64,000 bases of DNA from Lingula anatina (lineage: Eukaryota; Animalia; Brachiopoda): the NCBI GenBank assembly GCA_051362555.1, contig CM120640.1, positions 38,025,967 through 38,089,966 on the forward strand, given 5' to 3'. Positions within the stretch are counted from its first letter, which is position 1; every line of letters starts with the position of its first letter. The notes beneath the pieces are model-generated. The model was not told the DNA's origin. It saw nothing but the letters and a program-made list of their open reading frames with translations, and did not search any database. This document shows, one piece after another, positions 23,075-36,500 of this stretch. Both the position numbers and the translations under genes were made by a program.

Positions 23075-26000
23075 ATGGGGATGTGCACCTCGTGTTTACA
23101 AGGTTATAGTGATGATCTAAATGAACCCTCTCCAGTGAGTTATTCAATATTTTCAGAACACTGCTTTCTGCATTGCAAAATATTCCAGAATTTTGCTGCA
23201 GTGTGTACGCTTTGGGATTTTTTTTTGTCTACAGACTACACTCCCTTTTATTTTTTCCCAATTGAACAAATATTAAACCCCTTTATGTGAAAGTTCGTGA
23301 GTAGTAGGATTTTTCTCAAAGAAAACTAGCTTTGATACAAAAATACCAGATATTAATATCTTATACTGTAAATATTTTTTAAAGCGTCACTGTAGCGGTT
23401 AACTGAAATGAACTTACACCAGTGCCGTATTACTCTTACATGAATATTATTTTCTAATTGTAACTTTAAAAGGGTCGAATTTAGTAAGTATAGAAGTTTG
23501 GGTTTAAAAGCCAAAGAAAGGATAAATTATGTATTTTCCATTGATTTGCTAACCAGGAAACAAAAAGGAAACGTCAGGCAGAAGCAGCTGAGAAGAGGAT
23601 TAAAATGGATGAAAGTAGGGGAATAAGAGACCCAGAGGCTGTGAAAAGAAAAAGACAAAGGCAGCAAGAAACTGAAGAAAAGTTAAACAAAATGCCAGAT
23701 AATGCCCAAGGTCTGAAGGTAATGTAGAATATGTTCTTACTGGAAAGGCAGATTTTCTTCAATATTTCAAAATGGAAAATTTGGCACTGTTCACATGAAA
23801 AATCCAAATTCCAAAAATCCAAAAAGCCATTGGCAGTATCTAGTGATCTGGGCCCCGAATACCCTGCGGTGTAATTATAACTAGCAGTGCGAGTGCGTCG
23901 TTTGCAAAGCTGTAATTGATTCTCGGCTGCACACGGAGGAGATTCTGATGCCTGGACGCATGCACAGTAGTATCTCTAAACTGTGGATTTCATCAGTTTG
24001 CACTCATATCTGTCGTGTGTATATGGACATCATCTTCTTCATCTTGTTGTTGCACAAAATCAACAAACACATTTTTCAAAGCAGCCGCGACCGTCATTTT
24101 CTTTCTCTCTAACTTATTACTGCGCATGCGGCCAGGTGTCAGAATCTCCTCCAAGCGCAACCGAGATTTAATTACAGCTTTGGGAGTAACTCGCTCGCAC
24201 TGCTAGTTAATTACGTCACAGGGTATTCAGGGCACAGACCGTGATCACTAGATACCGCCAATGGAATTTTTGAAATTTGGATTTTTCATGGGAATGGTGC
24301 CTTGTCGTAAGTAAACAACTAACCTGTTTCAACTTATTTTTATATCTGTAAACAAGTACAAGCTGTTAAATACAGTGTTTTCCACGGTCACGTGACTTCC
24401 GCTAAATTCTCCGTGAGAACACGAGATTTTGCGGGATTTGAAGTTTCAAGGGGCAAGTGTGGAGTGTACATGACGGATGCCATATCGACGAGTGCTTGTT
24501 TTGATCTGAATTTTCAAGGATTTGTAACATGATAACACCTGAATTTTTTCGAAAACACATTCATGCGAGTACTTGGAATAGAAATTTAACGGACGTACCT
24601 GATGACTTTTCCAAGAAAGAACTGAAAAACGTATCTCATAGACAGCAAGGATATACGATAAGAAATTTGTGCGGACATTCAAAAGTCTGAAAGCTTATTA
24701 TCCAAGATGGATATGTGCAGAAAATCTACACAACATATTTAGTGGACCACTCTGTGTCACCAGAAAACTGCCATGTTTAAAGCTAGACGAAAACAACAGG
24801 CCATATTTGAATCAGAAACAGCCTAGCTAGCCTACTTCAATCAAGTCCAGGGTCAAATGGCTGTGTACAACATTCATGTGTATGATTTTGTTTTGTGCAC
24901 AGAGAAGGATCTCTTCATTGAATCTGTTCTGTTTGATGCTGTTCATTGGGCACCTGTGGTTCCTAAACTGACCAGTTTTTACAAGACATTCATTTTGACA
25001 GAGTTGGTGTACGCTACTATTAAACATTTTTTTTTTTCATTCAAAAATTTATTCTGTACATTAGCTTTATTCTGTACTGTAGCTTTATTCTGTACATGCA
25101 TTTAATACCAAACTGAGAATATGTGCAATATTATTCTGCATTGTGATCTTGGGTTGTGAAAATCTTTAGTGTTTTATTTTCATGCTGTTATAATAATCCT
25201 TGCATGATAATAGTCTTTTTTTTTTTTTTTTGAAAAAATATGTTTTCTTTTTTGTATTTAATTACATTGTGATATAGTAATGTTTTTAATTATAACTTGG
25301 TCTCAGATGATGGTGCTTTAAATTAACATTTCCCATGTAGGTTGGTTTAATTTTACTCAGGTGTTAATGTGCAGCTTTTTTAGATTAATTTTAATTGGAA
25401 GATGGCACGATGCTAGTGCATTTACCGGTACTAGTACAGTAATTTATTTGCCGACTTGGACATGCAACAGCTCAGCAGTGAACAAATCAAATATCTTTGT
25501 GATTATATTTTTTTACGCAGTTTTACTTTTCTAAATAAAACGATGAAAGAAAGTAAATTTGCTGTGATTAGCTTCTTCAATATAATTTTTCTACTCCTCT
25601 CCGTCGCTTCGGCCCATGTCGCACTTTAAATACTGTTTAGCCATTTTGCGTGACTTTGGTAAATCAGCTGATGGTACTGCATCAATAGTCATACTTTCTT
25701 TCCTGTTTGGCTTCCCGGATTGGAAGTGACAGCCACAGACTTTGAAGTTGTCAGTTATATCTTTCAATGAAATGTTCGAACGACCAGTGGCACTAATCCA
25801 TAGCAATTTCGGACGCCTGACCTTTGGAAATACAAAAAAAAAAAAAAAAACATTGTCTATTCTACCTCTCCGGTGGCTGCAGTTATACACACCACAGACA
25901 GTTGTCATGACCACCCATTACCGATAAATGCAAAGAGCGGGAGATCTACTTTACATCGAGACGGCCGTCCATGAAGGCCCCTTCTACTCTTGCCCCCTGA

Positions 26001-26157
26001 GAAACAGTCCCGCACAAAATGGCGCGAACTGCGCATGCACACGATTTCATGGAAAACACTCTATTTATATATAAATATTACTGTAATTCAATTCACTGCA
26101 ATATTTTCATATTAAAATTTTCAATGAGTCATTTTTTTACAGTGGCATGTAGGATGA
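23075..26157 (+). CDS. SVIP: Small VCP/p97-interacting protein, 78 aa, 3 exons
   Basis: Exons 23075-23134 (MGMCTSCLQGYSDDLNEPSP), 23557-23718 (ETKRKRQAEAAEKRIKMDESRGIRDPEAVKRKR...QGLK) and 26143-26157 (WHVG*), all phase 0 GT-AG. Myristoylation-type MG-x-C-x-S start, VIM motif R-x5-AA-x2-R and GLKW-V C-terminus as in SVIP; AATAAA at 27060. Confidence 0.92.
23783..24300. mobile_element. Fold-back MITE in SVIP intron 2 (related to 61359-61615)
   Basis: Long imperfect inverted arms: GGCACTGTTCACATGAAAAATCCAAATT...GTATCTAGTGATC and GATCACTAGATAC...AATTTGGATTTTTCATGGGAATGGTGCC. Confidence 0.85.
24470..25030 (+). pseudogene. Broken YqaJ/lambda-exonuclease-like transposon accessory gene
   Basis: N-terminal WNRNLTDVPDDFSKKELKTYL...FKSLKAY...DGYVQKI and C-terminal AYFNQVQGQMAVYNIHVYDFVLCTEKDLFIESVLFDAVHWAPVVPKLTSFY (Q-x-Q-G-Q-M motif). 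The middle is deleted and stops are present. Confidence 0.75.
25591..25914 (-). pseudogene. THAP zinc-finger N-terminus of a truncated transposase
   Basis: CGVYNC...FVFPK...W...VCGCHFQSGKP fits the C2CH THAP signature with conserved P, W and F; no catalytic DDE domain follows. Confidence 0.8.
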
Positions 26158-27527
26158 AGTGACATACAGATCCAAGTTTTTGTGGATCCAAAACAACAGT
26201 TCATGTGGATATGAGAGAAGTTGAGCTGTATGACAGACACTTGTTTACAAACTGCATGACATCATGCATTTAACGGTTGTGTAAATTTTTATCAATCTGT
26301 ACAGTGTAAATGTCATAATGTGGTGCCAGTGTGCAATAATACGCACTCTTTGCTTAAGTCCAATAACTTTCTAACAGATTTATTGTAACTACATATTACA
26401 AAATATGGATAAGCAACAAATTTGTGGGTGCTGAGATTTGTGTTGTTTAAATTTTGTACCTTATATTTCAAAGCTTTGTCAGCAGTTTTGCATGTTTTTA
26501 TTCCAAAGTCAATGCTTATTATATGGAATGAGATACTTAGTACTCTTTTTATTTTTTTTGGCAGATCTTTCAGTTGATAGTGGTAATAGAAATTTTCCAG
26601 ATTTTCATGTAGTTATGTAAAAAACACCAATTACTCTAATTGCTAAATGGCCAAGCATACAAAGTTATTTCTGTGCATAGGGCCATTGGCTGAGGAATTT
26701 GGGCTAGGACAAATCCCTCCTTCAGTGATTTTTTCAAAATGTCATTTTTATTGTTAATGGTTTAGCCTTTTCCTTTCTCCCAGACTATCAAGAGTCTACT
26801 TTTGGATTATCGTTAGCCAACATCTAGAGGAGTACTGCAGTGATAGGAATACTAACTGTGTTTACATTGTGGGCCTTCAACAGCCCTCCTCCCCCATCTC
26901 ATCCATTTTTCACTGCCTACAGCTCTGGGGTATTCACCCAAGTTAAAAAGAATAAGTCAAAAAATTTTTAATTGCTTTTTATTTTCTTGAAAAGTTCTAG
27001 AGTAATATCTTTCATCTTACTGTAAACAAACAGTACATGGATTGTTATTTTTCTACTTCAATAAAGTTATATTATACTATTATAGTATAGTTATAATTTT
27101 TTGCAAACAAAAACAATCTTCATAATATTCTAAAATCAGTACAAATTTTGTTCTAATTTATGTTGCAAAAGTGTCACTTTCAAAAATAACTTGTTTATAC
27201 TGGCAGTGCTGTTAATAACTGATTTAAGTTGAACTGATTTAAGTTGAATTGTACAGTTGTGGAAAAAGATCCAAGAACAATTCATCTGAACTGTAGTAGT
27301 AGTATAGGAAACTTGAATGTGAAAGCCTTCTTCAACATGCTGTCAAAGCATTGTGTTTTAGAAAATATGCATCACGGACATAATGCAAAATTTTTAAAGT
27401 TTTGATATAAATCTTTGTTCAACAAAGATTGCTATAATGTGGAAGCAAATAATTTTAACAAGATAAATGTCACCAATTTCCATTAAAAAAGAATGACCAC
27501 TTAGTTTTTTTAATGACCGTCGTATTC

Positions 27528-30500
27528 CTAAGCCTTTGAAAGCCTCTCCTTCATCACGTTCTCCAGTTTAATAGCATCCGCAGCAAATTTCCTTATTCCC
27601 TCAGCCAACTTGTCCGTTGCCATTTCATCTTCATTTAGCATCCACCTGAAGGTCTTCTCATCCATGTTAATCTTTGTCAGTTCACACTGTTTTGCTAAGA
27701 ATTGAAAGACAAGAAAATAATTGGATAATTATTTAGGAACTTGTAAATTTGTTGCAAATATTGGGCATTCATTTTCAACAAAACCATAATTATGCCATTT
27801 ACTAATTTTGCAAAAAAAGAAAAATGCTACAGATGAATATTTAGTCAACAATCTTGAAGGCATTTTACCAAACAATTGCACATCAAAGGAACATGATACA
27901 TGTGTATGACTCGGTTTTCATTCCATAATTATTTCACAGAGTTTGGATACAATGTTAAACAAATTCAGCTGCTCCAAATTAAGAATTGCCAACAAATTTA
28001 GTTAAAACCTGACCAAATGCCACCATATAGTTTCGAACAGCATAAATTAAGAAACACCCAAAGGTATCGTTTCACATCTCCTAAAAAAATGATATCTGAA
28101 CCAGTATATTCTGCTGCCTTCTGTGCTATGTATAACCTATGGTCATTTTTGCCACACCTAATTTGAATAATTATGCTATTGCAGGCACAAAATTAATGGG
28201 TCACACAATACTACATCATTCTGAAGACTTTTACAAACTGGAGGGATGAATAATTAGGTCGAGTTTACAACCAGAAATTTGAAGATGGTACAGTTTTTTA
28301 ACTATTTTTGGCTGACCAAGTGATTAATATTTCGTTTATCCCTTGGCATGTCATCTTAGTTTGAGTTTTATAAGAAACTAAAAATAGTGGTTTATATGCA
28401 ATATAGGGAATCAGCGCTTGCTTCATACTTTAATTTTCTTTATGTAAGCTTACACTTAACAGGTACAGTGAGCATACCTTGTTTCTCTGAAAGGTACACA
28501 GTAACTTTCTCATTGCTGCTGGAAAGTTTTTCCAAAAGTGATGGGCTAGAAAACAAGAAATGAATATTTGAAATGGAAACAGGCAATGGAAAAGCCAATT
28601 GTCATCATGTTCAGTTTCCCATTTCAATTTAAAGACTCCTGATAATTCACATTGTTTCATAATCATTGAGGACTTGCTTATGGCAATATGTACAGATACT
28701 AATGAGTGTACATAGAAGAGTTTAATTTCATGTTTTTTTTAGGTACCTGATAGTGAGGAGGTCACATCCAGTAAGTGCTGTTATCTGTTCTGTATTTCTG
28801 AAAGAGGCTCCCATGACGACAGTCTGGTATCCAAACTTTTTGTAGTAATTGTAGATCCTAGTGACACTTTGAACACCTGTAAAATTGGCATAGATGTTAC
28901 TTAAGACATTTCACAAATAAAGCATTTGTGTTTACAGATAATTAAAATGATTTTCTTTTAGAAAGATTAGAATATGCACTGGCTTAAAATGAGAACTCTG
29001 AATTTATGACAGCTGTAAAAGATATAATAGGCATTTGATATAGAGGATGCACTACAGTCCAAGCTTGCACTATTTGTATAATTCCCAATACATGTTTTTT
29101 CTTTAGTAAAACAGAAGAAGTTAAATGTTTATACACTGCTATCAGCCCAAGATTTTTTAATTTAGTAATAGTTGTCATTACAATGATTTAATTCTTATCA
29201 TCATAACAAAACCAACCTGGATCTTCCAATGGCTCAAACTTCTTTTTGTCTGTGTTTTTCACATACCAATCAAAGATTCTGCCCACAAAAGGTGAAATGA
29301 GTGTCACCCCAGCCTCTGCACATGCAACAGCCTGCAAAAAATATTTTTTGCAACTTCAGAAAGTAGAACCTTGTAAAACAAAAATTAAATTGCAAAAATT
29401 TGGTAAAATGTTTCATATCCTAAAATCCATATGCAGTGCAATTTAAAGATGTTATTATAATATGGCAGGTTTAAACAAAACCAACCATTATGAATCAGAC
29501 AGTAGAGCATAAGTGTGTATAAAAAAATTGAAGTATGTAGTACCTGTGCAAATGAAAACAACAGAGTCAAGTTGCAGTGAATTCCATATTCCTGTTCCAG
29601 GGTTCTGGAGGCAAGAAATTTAAAAGAGAAATATTATTTAAACATTTAAATAGTCAACAACAATAAATAAATAAATAAATAAATAAATTTTAAAAAAATC
29701 TTCATCTGCAGGGCAGGACAGAGCCTACCTATACAAAAACAGCTGTAAACACATTTTAACAAGTTATTACAAAATAGGCCCCTTTCAATAGGAGCTATTC
29801 ATCATGATCAGTCATCCTTTCAATACAAGCAAATGTAATTGGTATAACAATTATTTCAGGTTTTTTTAGATTTGTTCTTAATTTAATATACAGGTTTTCT
29901 GTGCATGATCTTAAATTCTTATACTTTTAATGCAACTTACCCAATTTGAATGTTTTTTAAAAACATGATAAATAAGTGTAAGATTTATGCTTGTATATTA
30001 CTGGTACATTATTTTCCTTCAATTTAAGGAGCACAAAGAAAAGCATTATAATAAAGTAAGGAACTGAAATCACCTGGCTGCCTCAATACCCTCCCAGGTA
30101 GTTGCAAGTTTGATGAGAATCCTTTCCTTGTCAATCCCTTTCTCTGTGTATAAATCAATGATCCTTCTGGCTTTTGAGATGGAAGCCTCCTTGTCAAAAG
30201 ACAATCTGAAATATTTTTGTATAACATATACTGCTTATGTGACTAATATGCCATTACAGCATAACTGTGATTCTCCGTGAGCTTGTATTTCTAAGTATGA
30301 TGGGCAATATGTTAAATGATTTAAAACCCACTTGTAAATGGAAAAGTTATGCAATAACAATCCTTTACTGAGGTCATGGTAAACATGTTGAAACATGACA
30401 GTGGATAATGGTCAAATATCAAAATAGATTCCAAACACTTAAGCATATTTTTTATGTATTATATTTGGAAAGGTAAATCACTATGGCATACCTTGCATCA

Positions 30501-33191
30501 ACTTCTGTGGAAACTCTTCCAGGGATAATCTTCAGGATTTCTGATCCAAAGTTAACAAACAATCTGTCCATGGCCCAGTCCAACTGATCATCAAAAGAGC
30601 TAAAATAAAATGTAATTTTGTCATTGACCAGTATATCAAGAGTTATCAGACCATATTCAAATCAACAAAGAAGCAAAATATTATATTGTTTTTTTTAAAC
30701 ACACTTGAGCACCAATTACAGTGATTGTTTGATGTTTTCATGTCTTTTCCTTGTGAAATCTGTCTTAGTATTATCTATTCAGATTGGCCAAAGAAAAGGA
30801 AAAGAACTGACATACCCTCCCTTTGCTTTGGCATACTGAACTGCATCATCTATGAGGTGTTGATACTGCTCCATCTTCGCAGCAGCCAGGATCAAGGAAG
30901 GATTGGTTGTTGCATCTGTAGGTTTGTACTTCTTCATTGCTAAAAAAACATAAATACACTTTTACCAACTAATATCTTGTGGCTACTTGAAAACAAAAGA
31001 AAAAATAGAAAAATACCTATGAAAATTGTTATCATTAATCTTTATTTTATTATTATTATTTATTTTTTGCACAAGAAAAAAAAAGGAAAGTGACTAAAAT
31101 ATGCAGTATTTTCTGATGGAAGAAGTACAATGTTTGGTGTTCATGCTCGGTAATTATAAAATCAATAAAATTCAATTATATTTCCTTGGTATAAACATAT
31201 CTGTTCAAAAAGAAAAAAAAATCACACACCAAGATTTGTAAGGAAATGATAGGAAAATTGAAAATCCCATTTTATCACTCAGTCTTACAGCATCTGTAAT
31301 GCAGCCTCCATGACATTGTCATGACTTTCCATTTATATTGCAAGAGATTTCTATCATCATGCTCGACTGACTTTCTATTGACCTTGAATAAGGGTATGGA
31401 ACTGCATGTCACGACAAAATCTCTCATCTAAAGTTTCATCAGAAAGCAACAAAATTGGAGATTGAATGTAAACAAATTAAACCAAGTGATAACGTCCCTG
31501 ATAAAGGAAATGATTCCCAACAAAACAACTACGTGTTGTACCAATCAAGATAAATATTCGCTACAATAGTTCTTCAAAGGGAAGAGATGTACATATACAT
31601 ATTCTATATTTTAACACCTTCTGGCTACATTTTCCAATACCAGCCATGACCTCTTATATTAAGAAAGGAGACAGCATAAAAGATTTACCTGCATGGTTAG
31701 TTAATGGAAGTCTGTACCAGGAGATAAAATGAAAGACAGAATGGATGATTTGAGAGGATAAAAATCTTAAGTACTGTTTTATTTTTCATGTTCCTGAACA
31801 GCACCTGTCAATTTTTGTCTCTAAATGGTAAAAAAAAAAAAAAATTATGCAACTGGCATGAATTCAGGTGAGTCTGGTAAGTACACCTGTAAACAATGCA
31901 CCTTTAGTTTGAATGGTAATTAAGATGCTGTGCTAATGATTGACAGGTGTAAATAAACAGAGACATAAATATGCAGAGACATAGATATTTTTAGAATAAC
32001 TGAGACATTTCAATTCAATTTTAGTAATACATATTCTTGGTTTACTCTACCAATTTGGCTTATCTTCAATTTTTCATCAGATTTAGATAATCACTAAATA
32101 AAGGAGATAACTTTTATGGTGATAAAATAAATCAACAACCAGTTTGCTTTAAAATGATTATGGTACATGTAGCAAATTTATGTAAATCAAGATTTTAAGC
32201 TGCCCTGGTATAAAGAAATACTTTTAAGTTTGTTAAGCAAACAATAAAAACACTTTTCTTTCCTAAATATTGTAAAATTACAGGAACCTAAGTGATATGT
32301 TAAAGAAGTAATGACAGAAATTCAGTGTTTGAAATTAATGCTGGACTGTCTGCCCGGGGTTGACAACTTTCAGAATGGGCCGAAAAGTTTTCCCACCCAG
32401 CAGATATTTGGTCCAGCTACTTTTCAAGAGGGCTGGACCTTTGGTCCAGCGACTAAATTTCCTAAGAGGCAAACACTGATTTCATTCCACAATGAATTCC
32501 ATTTATTCATCACTACGTCTTGCAAGGTTTTCAGGCTGGACATAAATCTACACTGGTAATTACTGAACCCACCTTAACATCACAATAATTCAGATGCGAA
32601 ACTTTGCAAAATTTCTTTTTTTACACATTTTTGAAAATAAAAAGTAAGAATTGGAAAAATCACACCATGATTATTATTTTCATATTTTCTTTTGCATGAG
32701 AGAATATTTTTCTTATACAAATAAGAATTTAAGCTATTTAACTAAATCAAAAGAATGGATTTTATATATTCAGCACCCACAGGTACATGCGAGTATCATA
32801 ACACTGACTTCTTGATAACAGGAGGTGTAATAACCAGGTAATATGTAAATCCGATTTAAAAAAATTAAAGGGAAAGTAAGTGAATCATTGGTCTAAAATG
32901 TACTCCAGGCAGACTGGAAGCTGTTTGATTTTATGAAAAACTATCTGGTCATCGATACCTGAATATTCTGTTATACCAAAATACCACAGAAAAACTGCCT
33001 TGTTGGGCTTATCGTTTAAATAATTTACGCAGTGCACTAAACGTAATACTATTTAGAACTACCGACTGTGTAAACACAATTTACCACTACCCACCTTCAA
33101 AATCGCCCGTGTCAGCCACAACAACAGTGTGATCCTTGATCTGATCCAACACAGATGACATCTTTGCAGCTTTTGACACCGGCTCGTTCAT
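27528..33191 (-). CDS. TALDO1: Transaldolase, 9 coding exons
   Basis: Exons 33191-33095, 30939-30816, 30599-30492, 30205-30074, 29604-29544, 29331-29217, 28876-28747, 28545-28478 and 27694-27528. Motifs [41 protein letters not shown] (Schiff-base Lys), [30 protein letters not shown] and [13 protein letters not shown]. Confidence 0.98.
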
Positions 33192-33581
33192 AATTTATGC
33201 TTATATAACCCGATCATACACTGAAATAGAACGCTGTGGCACGCTTTCTGTCGAGTCACACCGCGAAGTTTTGACCTAAAGAGATAACGAAGTTCACCTC
33301 CAGGTTCGCGGAGTCAAGACAAGCCAAAATTAGGGTATAATGTCTTTATGTTGTATATTGTTGGCTTATTTTTCTATTTCTTTACTGAGATACCATATAT
33401 AAAAGTACAACAAGGGTATATAAACGCTTTCAAACACTTAAAATGTACAATTTAAAAAGATTCTCTTGAAAATAACACCACCTAGTGGGTTGATGAATAT
33501 CAACAATTTACTTCCTGTGATCGATTTTCTTCCAAGTTGAGTGTATGGGTGACACAAAGATAACAGCTGTGCCGGTGAATT
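33192..33581. promoter_or_regulatory. Putative bidirectional promoter TALDO1/TMEM39
   Basis: Divergent start codons only 390 bp apart. Confidence 0.7.
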
Positions 33582-36500
33582 ATGCCAGGTGGAAGACGAC
33601 TTCTCCCTAGATCACAGGCAGCGTCTAACCTTGTGCATCGGTCTCCAAAATCTGAGAGCAATACGAGCAACGGGTCAGTTAAACGAGAGTAGCAGTGCAA
33701 ATGTGGCTGCACATTCAACATGTGTTTATAAGAAACCATTTTAGTCTGTATTTTGTCTTACTTATTTATATCATTAAGAAGGGAAATGATAGTTATAAAG
33801 ATAAAGAAATTGTTTTATTATCTTTAGATATTTATCAGCCAAAAGAATATGCTAAGAGGATCATGATTTTATGTTAATAACACGTCAGCTTTAACCACCT
33901 TGCTCCTGTTTGAAAGACAATGCTGCCTCCGCATCATATGATATTTTTGTAATTTATCTATTGATGAAATTGATATCCAGTGCTTTTAATATCATTGTCT
34001 AGCCTCTCTTCCATTGAATACAAGCATAAACGTTTTTAATGTAGTCATTTTTTATTTATACAAATGAAGTAAAATATTATATTTTTTATTGTTCATCTTT
34101 TAATAATTATATATTTATGAAGCAGAAATCAACAGCAGCTCTTCTCTACCAAAAACTTAAGTGGAACCACTGTGAGGACTCTTATAGTTTGTCTATAATC
34201 TCTTGACTCATTCACAGCAGCAGCACTCACTGACTCATACCTGCAGGTACTACTCAGCATGCATTTATAAGACTTGCATTCACTTTAATGGTGGATCTTG
34301 GAGACTGATAATTTTTATGAATTTTTTTTTTCAGAAATACCCCGACTGATGATATGGCTAGTCAGCAGCAAGTCATTCTAAAACATGTTCATATCCCAGA
34401 CATTCCAAGTGACTCCAACCTTCTGTTTGAACTGATACTGTTTGTCTACTGTGTAGTGGCTATGTGTATGCAGTACATCAATCTATACAAGACAGTTTGG
34501 TGGCTGCCACATTCGCATGCTACTTATGCTGTGGTGAGTGTTAAATAGACAGTCCACTAGCACATAGAAACATGTTTTGGCTTTTATCAAGTTTTTCATA
34601 TTTATTTCATTGGTAGCACTATAGCATACAGTCTAATTTAGCCTTATTTAAAATTATTTGATCTATAAATGTACAGTACATGTAGATGAACATAAAATTA
34701 TTGGTTATCTACAAATAGTAAAAATATTGAGTTTTTTATTGATGAAAAGAGTGGTTGATTAAAGTAAACAATTGAGTGAAGTCATTCTATAAAGTTTTGT
34801 GAAAACTGCACTGCAGATGTTGAAGTGTTTATATATTAAGAATTATTTCTCTGTATATGAAAAGCATTTGTTCAGATATATTTTGATCTGATTGTAAAGA
34901 AGCAACTTCCATGGGCATTGATATTTTCTTTTCTAATTTTTCAGAATTTCTACCTAATTGACCCCCATTTGGTGCTTTTTCTAGTCTTACTTTTTTCTAG
35001 AAGACTGATATGGTGCTGGGTGAAAGAGGCGAGTATTTTATGGTTCTCGAAGCCTCAGGATGAGTATTTCATTTGAGAATGTTTAAAAAATCTAGCACAC
35101 TATAGAGAATCATACTTTTATTATTATTTCCAACTTAAATGAGTGATCAAACAGTAGAATCTTAATATCTGCCTTGCAAATAATTTTAAAATCTATTCTT
35201 AAGGTTTATGGTGGGAAATCCAGCAAATCTTGCTGCTATTGGTTTGTGCAATTGCTGAAGCTGCTTGTAACTGGCTGTGCCTTGTCATTATTTGGTTGGG
35301 CTGCTTACCATGTGGTGCTTACTCATACCTTACTACACAGTCTTTTCTTGTGTTATCCGTAAGTAGATGATTTTCTTTGCCTTTGTAAGATGGTTCCTAT
35401 TCTTTCCATTTTTAGCTACAGTAGCTGTTACTGTAACATTAGAATGTATAGTCATACGTGTATATAAATTCTCTGACACAATTTGCTTTTTTTAGCTAGT
35501 TGTTATGTTAGAATGTATGAGTGATATACATGCTTACAAAAATATTTTTATAATTTTTTTATAGATTGGTGATATATTTCATACTGTTTGGACCAAACGT
35601 AAAGCCTCTGTTTGACAGAAGTCTGGTATGGCCTGCAAGTGTATCAGATAAAAGCTCTCCAAAGCATCGCTCTAGAGATAGAGATAACTCTGAAATTGTG
35701 CTCAGACATACGTGCTCATCTTCACCAGAGGCTATAAGAGAAGAGGTGGAGAGTTTTAAGCAAGATTTTAACAACCGTGTGAAGCAAGTCCTATTCAACT
35801 CCATGCTATGTGCTTACTATGTAGGCTTTGTCCCGATATCATTTGCACAGGTATTGTAAATGTTCTCAGTTGATCATTAATATTGTGAGAAATGTTGATC
35901 ATTTTGCCTAACAGGATGGTTAATGTTTGAAATTTACCTTTTAAATTTCAGAATTTGACCATATAGTATATGTTAAGCACTTATCCTATGAAATATAGAC
36001 TTTGGCTTGTTATGAAGAATGATACTGGATAAATTTCATTGAAGTCTCTTAGAATGCCCCTTCCCCCTAAAATGAATACCCAAGTTAGAGTTGCAGGTCA
36101 CAAAGATTATCATTGGAATCCTAATTTCACCTATGCAACAATATTTGTAAGGATATTGCAGTACATGTAATTCTTAAACTGAGGAGATACTAAAACTGTA
36201 TTGAAATTGTTCTAACTCTGTCACTAGCATGTCCAAAACAACTGTGACACTTGTTGGGTGAGTGGTGTTGTAGTGAAAACTGGAATTATTGCTTTTTTTT
36301 GTGATGCAGTGAGCTCCACTGTCAGTAAATTTGTTTCATTCAGCTTCTTCTAAATGTCTTATTTTTTGTTGTGAGATGAATGTTTAGATGAGTATGTTTG
36401 TATATGTTGCTGTTTACCATTCTACCAGGGTAAGTGAATCATGAGTTATGTCATTTGTTGTTCACAGTCTGTCGTGTTTGAAGTCCAAAGTGAAAATTTT

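Larger units (their letters stand above)
24372..26062. mobile_element. Internally deleted ISL2EU-like (PIF/Harbinger-related) DNA transposon with convergent YqaJ-exonuclease and THAP remnants, in SVIP intron 2
   Basis: TIRs ACAGTGTTTTCCACG / CATGGAAAACACTCT flanked by AT on both sides; YqaJ-like remnant on +, THAP zinc finger on -. Confidence 0.8.

Noticed and set aside
25591-25914. Host THAP-domain gene nested in SVIP
   Set aside because: It lies between transposon TIRs next to a broken YqaJ gene and contains a homopolymer expansion, so it is treated as a transposase remnant.
32323-32478. CAGTGTTTG...CAAACACTG-bounded MITE candidate in TALDO1 intron 1 (similar weak candidates at ~47320-47530 and ~48200-48315)
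   Set aside because: Inverted ends are only ~9 bp and there is no TSD; too weak to call.
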